NCBI GenBank assembly: GCA_001790955.1
Contig: MGDP01000039.1
Span: 193-64,192, forward strand
DNA: 64,000 bases
From: Candidatus Tectomicrobia bacterium RIFCSPLOWO2_12_FULL_69_37
Lineage (GTDB): Bacteria > UBA8248
Reading direction: 5' to 3'
How positions within the stretch are numbered: position 1 is the stretch's first letter; every line of letters starts with the position of its first letter. Positions 58,163-64,000 of the stretch are shown here, one piece after another. Under the pieces are notes generated by a model. The model ran no database searches, was not told where the DNA came from, and saw only the letters and a program-made list of their open reading frames with translations. A program made the position numbers and the translations under genes.

Positions 58163-58921
58163 CTAGCGGCCCGCCTGCGCCTCCTCATGCCATTGCAGGA
58201 GCAGCCGCCTCAACTGGGCCATGAGGCTCATCGAGAAGGCCCCGACGACGGCCAGCACGATCAGGTAGACGAAGACGCGCGGCATCAGCGCGAAGCGCGC
58301 GCTCTCCATCATGGAGGCCCCCACGCCCCCTCCCCCTCCCAGCATCTCCGTCACCGACGTCACGATGAGCGAGACGGGGAAGGCGATCTGGAGGCCGTTG
58401 AAGATCTGGGGCAGCGCCGCCGGCAGCACGACCTTCCAGAGGATCTTCCGCTCCCCCGTGCCCATGTTCCGCGCCGACCAGATGAGATAACGGTCGATGC
58501 CGACCGTCCCGAGATACGTCATGTTGATGAGCGGAAACGTGCAGGCCACGAAGATGAGGGCGATCTTCGACGCACTGCCGAAACCGAACCAGATGACGAA
58601 GAGGGGGAAGAAGGTAACCTTCGGCGCCGGCAGCCAGATCGAGACGAGGGGGTCGAGGAACCAGCGCACGGCCTTCACCCTCCCCATCGCCGCGCCCAGG
58701 GGCACCCCCACGAGGACGGCCATCGAAAGGCCCGTCAGGGCGCGGAACATGGAGAGCGCGATGTCCATGGGGAGCTGGCCCGAGGCGGTATCCACCCACG
58801 CCTGCTGGCCGATGGACACCCAGGAGGGGAGGAAGAATTCGGGCACCAGCTTCAGTTGGCTGGCCGCCTCCCACGCCAGGAGGAAGAACAGCACCGAGCC
58901 GTACCGCCGCGCGCGGGTCAT
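58163..58921 (-). CDS. ABC transporter permease (NitT/TauT family)
   Basis: Start MTRARRYGSVLFFLLAWEAA. 6 TM helices. Upstream part of the 400-aa track ORF is non-coding. Confidence 0.8.
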   Translation of the reverse strand: MTRARRYGSVLFFLLAWEAASQLKLVPEFFLPSWVSIGQQAWVDTASGQLPMDIALSMFRALTGLSMAVLVGVPLGAAMGRVKAVRWFLDPLVSIWLPAPKVTFFPLFVIWFGFGSASKIALIFVACTFPLINMTYLGTVGIDRYLIWSARNMGTGERKILWKVVLPAALPQIFNGLQIAFPVSLIVTSVTEMLGGGGGVGASMMESARFALMPRVFVYLIVLAVVGAFSMSLMAQLRRLLLQWHEEAQAGR

Positions 58922-58941
58922 TCCTCTCCTCCGGAGGCCGC

Positions 58942-59754
58942 CTACTCCTGGTCTTCCCGCTGCCAGATGAGGATCCGCCGCATGAAGCGGAGGTAGAGCC
59001 GGTCGGCGAGAAAGCCAAGCAGCGTCAGCGTGAAGATGGCGGCGAACATGCCCGCCAGGTCCCCCGCCTCGCTCAGGAAATAGGTGAGGAACCCCAGGCC
59101 GGTGTTCCCGGCCAGCATCTCCGAGCCCACGAGGAGGACAAAGGAGACCGCCAGGGCCAGCCTCGTCCCGCTCAGGATGTCCGGCAGGGCGCCCGGGATG
59201 ATCACCCGCCACAGGAGCTTCCGCTTCCCCGTCCCCATGATGAGCGCCGACCAGACGAGGTGGCGGTCCACCCCCCGGGCCCCGTTGAACGAGCTCACGA
59301 TCACGGGGAGGATGCACCCGAGGAAGATCACGGCGATCTTGGAGAGGTGGCCGATGCCCAGCCACACGATGAGGATGGGGATCAGGGCGGACTTGGGCAG
59401 GGGGAACAAGAGCCTGAGCAGCGGCTCGAAGAGGTCGCGCAGCACCCGGAAGCGGGCCATCGCGATGCCCACCGTGATCCCGAACACCACGCTCGAGGAG
59501 AAGCCCGCCGCCTCCCGCCAGATGGAGGACAGCGCGTGCTCGGGCAGCTCGCCCGAGAGCATCATCCGGGCCCAGGCCGCCATGACGTCGGAGAAGCGCG
59601 GCAGTAGCAGCTCCGGGATGAGGCCCGCCGCAGTGGCCAGCTCCCAGGCCGCGATCATGTAGGCGAGGGGCGAATACTTCCCGAGGAAGAGGACCTGCGC
59701 CGGGCTGCGCCGCTCGCCTACGAGATGACCACTTCGTCCCGCACCAGCGACCAT
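58942..59754 (-). CDS. ABC transporter permease (NitT/TauT family), second permease
   Basis: 270 aa. Start uncertain: ATG 59754 overlaps the ATPase gene by 37 nt, and an internal ATG at 59658 is an alternative. Confidence 0.75.
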   Translation of the reverse strand: MVAGAGRSGHLVGERRSPAQVLFLGKYSPLAYMIAAWELATAAGLIPELLLPRFSDVMAAWARMMLSGELPEHALSSIWREAAGFSSSVVFGITVGIAMARFRVLRDLFEPLLRLLFPLPKSALIPILIVWLGIGHLSKIAVIFLGCILPVIVSSFNGARGVDRHLVWSALIMGTGKRKLLWRVIIPGALPDILSGTRLALAVSFVLLVGSEMLAGNTGLGFLTYFLSEAGDLAGMFAAIFTLTLLGFLADRLYLRFMRRILIWQREDQE

Positions 59755-60512
59755 ATCTCGTTCACCTTCTCGACGAACTCCTGGGTCTCGACGTGCTCGC
59801 GCCCCGCGGAGGAGCCGGGCGCCCTCGTCTCCACGATCCTCTTGATCCGGCCCGGCCGCGCCGTCATGACCGCCACGCGGTCCGAGAGGTAGACCGCCTC
59901 GCGCACGTCGTGGGTGATGAAGATGACCGTCTTCTTCCTCTCGCTCCAGAGCTCCAGCAGCTCCTCCTGCATGAGCAGCCGGGTCTGGGCGTCGAGGGCG
60001 CCGAAGGGCTCGTCCATCAGCAGCACCTCGGGATCGTAGGCCAGGGTCCGCGCCAGCGCCACCCGCTGCTTCATCCCGCCCGAGAGCTGGTTGGGGTAGA
60101 CGTTCTCGAAGCCCTTGAGGCCGACGCGCTGGATGAGCTCCCTCGCCCGGCCGGTCCGCTCAGGCCGGGGAAGCCCCTGCTCCTCCAGCCCGTAGCACAC
60201 GTTCCCCATCACCGTCCGCCAGGGGAAGAGGGCGAAGTGCTGGAACACCAGCCCCCGGTCCGGCCCCGGGCCCCGGATGGCGGCCCCGTCCTTCACCAGC
60301 TCTCCGCCAGTGACCTCCAGGACCCCCGCCACGAGGTAGAGGAAAGTGCTCTTGCCGCACCCGCTGGGCCCGACGATCGAGAGGAACTCGTTCTCCCGCA
60401 CCTCGAGGTCCACCCCATCGATGGCCAGGACGGATTCCCCGCCCGGGGAGATGTAGGTCTTGGAGACACCCGCGGCCCGGATCTTGACCCGAGACTCGCT
60501 CATTCCGGACAA
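59718..60512 (-). CDS. ABC transporter ATP-binding protein (NitT/TauT family)
   Basis: Walker A GPSGCGKST, LSGGMKQR, LLMDEPFGALD. Confidence 0.85.
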   Translation of the reverse strand: MSGMSESRVKIRAAGVSKTYISPGGESVLAIDGVDLEVRENEFLSIVGPSGCGKSTFLYLVAGVLEVTGGELVKDGAAIRGPGPDRGLVFQHFALFPWRTVMGNVCYGLEEQGLPRPERTGRARELIQRVGLKGFENVYPNQLSGGMKQRVALARTLAYDPEVLLMDEPFGALDAQTRLLMQEELLELWSERKKTVIFITHDVREAVYLSDRVAVMTARPGRIKRIVETRAPGSSAGREHVETQEFVEKVNEIWSLVRDEVVIS

Positions 60513-60790
60513 GCCTCCAGGGCCGCCCCGGCGGGGCCCACATCAAGAGGGGGGAACTCTCGAGCGCGAGAGCTGGATCGGGCCAAGTTGTCCCTACCCA
60601 TAGCACGAGACGAACCGCGGGTAAACGCCGGCGGCGGGCCACCCTCTCCCGCAGAACGCCCCCCTGCCTTTACGGGGGGAACGGCTTCCTCTACAAGAAA
60701 CGGCAAGGGGCCGGACGGCGGTATCGGCATGTGGAACTCCCCCATTTCAAACCCGGCCCCGGCCTCATACCACCTGGAGGATTGGCGATC

Positions 60791-61987
60791 ATGGAATTCA
60801 CCCTGACCGAAGAACAGAGGGCTGTTCAAGAGCTGGCGCGCGACTTCGCCCGGCGGGAGATCGAGCCCGCCGCGGCGGAGCTCGACCGCGAGCCCGATTG
60901 GAAGAAGCGGATGCCCTGGGCGCTGGTGGAGAAGGCGAGCGCCGTGGGCCTGCGCCAGCTCCCCTACCCGGAGGAATACGGCGGGGGCGGCGCCGATGTC
61001 CTCACCTGCTGCCTGGCGGGCGAGGAGCTGGCGGTGGGCGACCTGGGGATGGCCGTCAACCTGGACCAGACCTGGAAGCTCGCTCACATCCTCGACCACA
61101 TGGCCCCCCAGCTGAAGGACCATTGGCTGCGCCGCCTGTGCGCCGAGCCCCGCTTCCTGACCGCCATCTCCATCACCGAGCCCGGCGTGGGGAGCGACCA
61201 CCAGGGCTACTACGACGACCCCTCCATCGCCTTCTACACCCGCGCCGAGCGGCGGAACGGCCGCTGGGCCATCAACGGCATGAAGCACTACATCAGCAAC
61301 GGCCCCGTCGCCTCCCTCTACGTGGTCGGCGCCCGGACGGACATGTCCAAGAAGCTGCGCGACGGGCTCACCGGCTTCCTCGTCCCCCGCGAGACGGCCG
61401 GCCTCGCCGTCGGGAAGGTCCACGAGAAGATCGGCCAGCGCCTCTCCATGAACTCCGAGCTCCTCTTCAAGGACGCCGAAGTGAACGAGGAGAACGTCAT
61501 CCTCGGCGCCGGCAAGTTCTGGGAGATCCGGGGGCGGCTCCTCGCCTGCGGCAAGCCCGAGGCGGCGGCCAACTGCGTGGGAGTCGGGCGGGCCGCCTTC
61601 GAGCGGGCGCTCGCCCACGCCCGCGAGCGCGTCCAGGGCGGCAAGCCCATCGCGGAGCACCAGGCCGTCGCCGCCATGCTGGCCGACATGGCGATCGGCC
61701 TCGACCTCGCCCGGAGCTTCGTCTGGCGGTGCGCCTGGGCGGTGAACCACCAGAAGCCCTACGACTTCACCCTGGGCTGGAAGGCCAAGATCTTCGCCTC
61801 CGAGACCGCCTTCAACTGCGCCCGCTGGGGCATGGAGATCTTCGGCGGGGCGGGCATCATGCAGGAGGCCCCCATGGAGAAGCTGATGCGCGACGCGAGC
61901 ACCTTCCTCCACTCCGACGGCACCAACCAGGTCCTGCGGCTGCGCACCGCCAGCGCCTACGCCCAGGGCACGGTTTCGGCATTTTAG
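60791..61987 (+). CDS. acyl-CoA dehydrogenase family protein (paralog of 50812..51990)
   Basis: Start MEFTLTEEQRAV. ACAD three-domain pattern. Shares motifs with the other ACAD (GMKHYISNG, GGKPI..HQA). Confidence 0.85.
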   Translation: MEFTLTEEQRAVQELARDFARREIEPAAAELDREPDWKKRMPWALVEKASAVGLRQLPYPEEYGGGGADVLTCCLAGEELAVGDLGMAVNLDQTWKLAHILDHMAPQLKDHWLRRLCAEPRFLTAISITEPGVGSDHQGYYDDPSIAFYTRAERRNGRWAINGMKHYISNGPVASLYVVGARTDMSKKLRDGLTGFLVPRETAGLAVGKVHEKIGQRLSMNSELLFKDAEVNEENVILGAGKFWEIRGRLLACGKPEAAANCVGVGRAAFERALAHARERVQGGKPIAEHQAVAAMLADMAIGLDLARSFVWRCAWAVNHQKPYDFTLGWKAKIFASETAFNCARWGMEIFGGAGIMQEAPMEKLMRDASTFLHSDGTNQVLRLRTASAYAQGTVSAF

Positions 61988-62053
61988 GCGGCCCCGCCGG
62001 ATGAGGTAAGATAGGGGCGTCCCGCCCATCCATGCCTTCAGGGGGCGCCCCAG

Positions 62054-62812
62054 ATGCTGGAGCTACGCAGCGTCTCCAAGCGGTTCGGCGGCACGGTGGC
62101 CCTCCAGCCCACCAGCCTCCAGATCCCCGCCGGCAAGACGGCCGCCCTCATCGGCCCGAGCGGCTGCGGCAAGAGCACCCTCCTCCGCGTGATGATCGGC
62201 CTCGTGCGGGCGGACGCGGGCGAGGTCCTCTTCGAGGACCGGCCCGTCCTCCCCGAGAACGTGCTCGAGGCGCGCCGCAGGATGGGCTACGTCATCCAGA
62301 GCGGCGGCCTCTTCCCCCACCTGACCGTGCGCGGCAACATCACCTTCATGGCGAGGTACCTGGGCTGGCCCCCCGACCGGACGGCGCGGCGGGTGGAAGA
62401 GCTCGTGGAGCTCACCAAGTTCCCCGCGGAGGGGCTGGACCGCTACCCGGCCCAGGTCTCGGGCGGCCAGCGCCAGCGCGTGAGCCTGATGCGGGCCCTC
62501 ATGCTCGACCCCCACATGCTCCTCCTCGACGAGCCCTTCGGCGCCCTCGACCCCCTCATCCGCTCCGACCTCCAGAAGGACCTGAAGGAGATCTTCGCGC
62601 GGCTCAAGAAGACCGTGATCATCGTGACCCACGACATCGGGGAGGCGGGCTTCCTCGCCGACCTCATCTTCCTGCTGAAGGATGGCGCCGTCCTCCAGGG
62701 CGGCACCCTGGAGGACCTGGTGCTGCGGCCCCGGCACCCCTTCGTCACCCATTTCATCAACGCCCAGCGGAGCCCCCTGGAGAGCCTCCGCCCGGCCGAG
62801 GGGGCGCCGTGA
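62054..62812 (+). CDS. ABC transporter ATP-binding protein (quaternary-amine/QAT-type)
   Basis: Walker A GPSGCGKST, 'VSGGQRQRV', 'LLLDEPFGALD'. Confidence 0.8.
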   Translation: MLELRSVSKRFGGTVALQPTSLQIPAGKTAALIGPSGCGKSTLLRVMIGLVRADAGEVLFEDRPVLPENVLEARRRMGYVIQSGGLFPHLTVRGNITFMARYLGWPPDRTARRVEELVELTKFPAEGLDRYPAQVSGGQRQRVSLMRALMLDPHMLLLDEPFGALDPLIRSDLQKDLKEIFARLKKTVIIVTHDIGEAGFLADLIFLLKDGAVLQGGTLEDLVLRPRHPFVTHFINAQRSPLESLRPAEGAP

Positions 62813-64000
62813 TCCCCCGCCTCCTCCTCGCGCTCGCCGGGGCCGCCGCGCTCGCCTTCGCGGCGCCCGCCGGGGGCGCCACCCTGCGGATCGGCTCCAA
62901 GAAGTTCACCGAGTCGGTCATCCTCGGGGAGATCATCACCCACCTCTCCCGCCACGCCGGGGACCAGCCCACCCACCGCAAGGAGGTGGGCGGCACCCGG
63001 GTGCTCTGGAACGCCCTCCTCTCGGGCGAGATCGACGCCTACCCCGAGTACACGGGCACCATCTCCCAGGAGCTGCTCGCGGGCCAGGGGCTGACGACCG
63101 AGGACCAGATCCGCGCCGCCCTGGAGCGGGCGGGGGTCCGCATGAGCCGCTCCCTGGGCTTCAACAACACCTACGCCATCGGGATGAAGGAGGAGACCGC
63201 CCGGCGCCTGGGCATCCGAGCCATCTCGGACCTGCGGAGCCACCCCGGGCTCAGGCTCTTCCTCACCAACGAGTTCATGGACCGCAAGGACGGCTGGCCC
63301 AGCCTGCGCGAGCGCTACCGGCTCCCCCACGCCGCCGTGCGGGGGCTGGACCACGACCTGGCCTACCGCGCCCTCGAGACGGGCAGCATCCAGGCGACGG
63401 ACCTCTACTCGACCGACGCCGAGATCCTCGAGCACAGGCTCCGGGTGCTCGCAGACGACCTGAGCCACTTCCCGGCCTACCGCGCCGTGCTGCTGTACCG
63501 GGCCGGCCTGGAGCGGCGCGCCCCCGCGACGGTGCGCGCCATGCTCTCCCTCGAAGGGAAGATCGCCGAGGCCGACATGATCCGCATGAACGCCCAGGCC
63601 AAGATCGAGCGCGCCCCCGAGGAGGTGGTGGCCGTTCGCTTCCTCGCGCAGAAGATGGGCGTCCAGTCCAGGGCCGAGGTCGAGACGGCCTGGGGCCGCT
63701 TCCTGCGCCACACGCGCGAGCACCTCCTCCTCGTGGCCGTCTCGCTCGGCGCGGCGGTGCTGGTGGCCCTGCCCCTGGGCGTCCTGGCCGCCAAGCGGCC
63801 CGCAGCGGGCCAGGCCATCCTGGCGGGGGTGGGGATCGTCCAGACCATCCCCTCCCTGGCCCTGCTCGTGTTCATGATCCCCTTCCTGGGGATCGGGGGG
63901 CCCCCCGCGGTGGTGGCCCTCTTCCTCTACAGCCTCCTCCCCATCGTCCGGAACACCTACACGGGCCTGACCGACATCCCCGTCGAGGTGCGCGAGTCCT
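62809..64000 (+). CDS. fused substrate-binding/permease protein of a glycine-betaine/choline-type (QAT) ABC transporter, partial (runs off window end)
   Basis: GTG start overlapping the ATPase stop (GTGA). Signal peptide, then an OpuAC-like binding domain (RIGSKKFTESVILGEII..., TDLYSTDAEI). A permease domain begins about 63720. No stop within the window, so it is absent from the ORF track. Confidence 0.65.
   Translation, partial: MIPRLLLALAGAAALAFAAPAGGATLRIGSKKFTESVILGEIITHLSRHAGDQPTHRKEVGGTRVLWNALLSGEIDAYPEYTGTISQELLAGQGLTTEDQIRAALERAGVRMSRSLGFNNTYAIGMKEETARRLGIRAISDLRSHPGLRLFLTNEFMDRKDGWPSLRERYRLPHAAVRGLDHDLAYRALETGSIQATDLYSTDAEILEHRLRVLADDLSHFPAYRAVLLYRAGLERRAPATVRAMLSLEGKIAEADMIRMNAQAKIERAPEEVVAVRFLAQKMGVQSRAEVETAWGRFLRHTREHLLLVAVSLGAAVLVALPLGVLAAKRPAAGQAILAGVGIVQTIPSLALLVFMIPFLGIGGPPAVVALFLYSLLPIVRNTYTGLTDIPVEVRES

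Overview
High-GC (~70%) bacterial chromosomal window, densely coding, dominated by anaerobic respiratory functions and a high concentration of UGA-recoded (selenocysteine) genes.

Gene content, 5' to 3':
- Partial SYLF/Ysc84-like gene (-), then an HtrA/DegP protease.
- Glycine/betaine-reductase (grd) cluster: a thiolase-fold component-C-like gene, then grdA, grdE and grdB. grdA and grdB each carry an in-frame TGA at the canonical selenocysteine position.
- comM.
- Minus-strand formate dehydrogenase cluster: fdhD, fdhE, a TAT-dependent selenocysteine-containing FdhA, an FdnH-like iron-sulfur subunit, an NrfD-type membrane subunit and a membrane-anchored diheme cytochrome c.
- Minus-strand Rieske/cytochrome b cluster: Rieske protein, long cytochrome b, a nonaheme membrane-anchored cytochrome c, a diheme cytochrome c fused to an EB_dh/DOMON-like domain, a triheme c7 and a monoheme cytochrome c.
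- Divergently, an MtrA/DmsE-like decaheme cytochrome and an MtrB/PioB-like outer-membrane beta-barrel, forming a putative porin-cytochrome conduit.
- Accessory stretch: cupin, tandem Gfo/Idh/MocA paralogs, an AhpD-like CxxU selenoprotein with an apparent frameshift, a CMD-family gene, Dpp-type permeases and substrate-binding protein, an MmgE/PrpD-family gene and a quinone oxidoreductase.
- An AT-rich island precedes what I read as a single 11-heme c-type cytochrome interrupted by an in-frame TGA followed by a SECIS-like hairpin, co-transcribed with a periplasmic tandem-rhodanese sulfurtransferase. I consider this the most novel candidate.
- Downstream: DUF296, MBL hydrolase, amidohydrolase, an OsmC-like selenoprotein (Sec replacing the peroxidatic Cys), and a catabolic island (two TPP enzymes, BKACE, two NitT/TauT ABC systems, TAXI-TRAP, two acyl-CoA dehydrogenases, cyclase, M24 peptidase, GntR), ending in a quaternary-amine (QAT) ABC ATPase plus a fused binding-protein/permease.

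No CRISPR, rRNA, tRNA or obvious mobile element was seen. All family assignments are from motif recognition by eye; no database searches were run.
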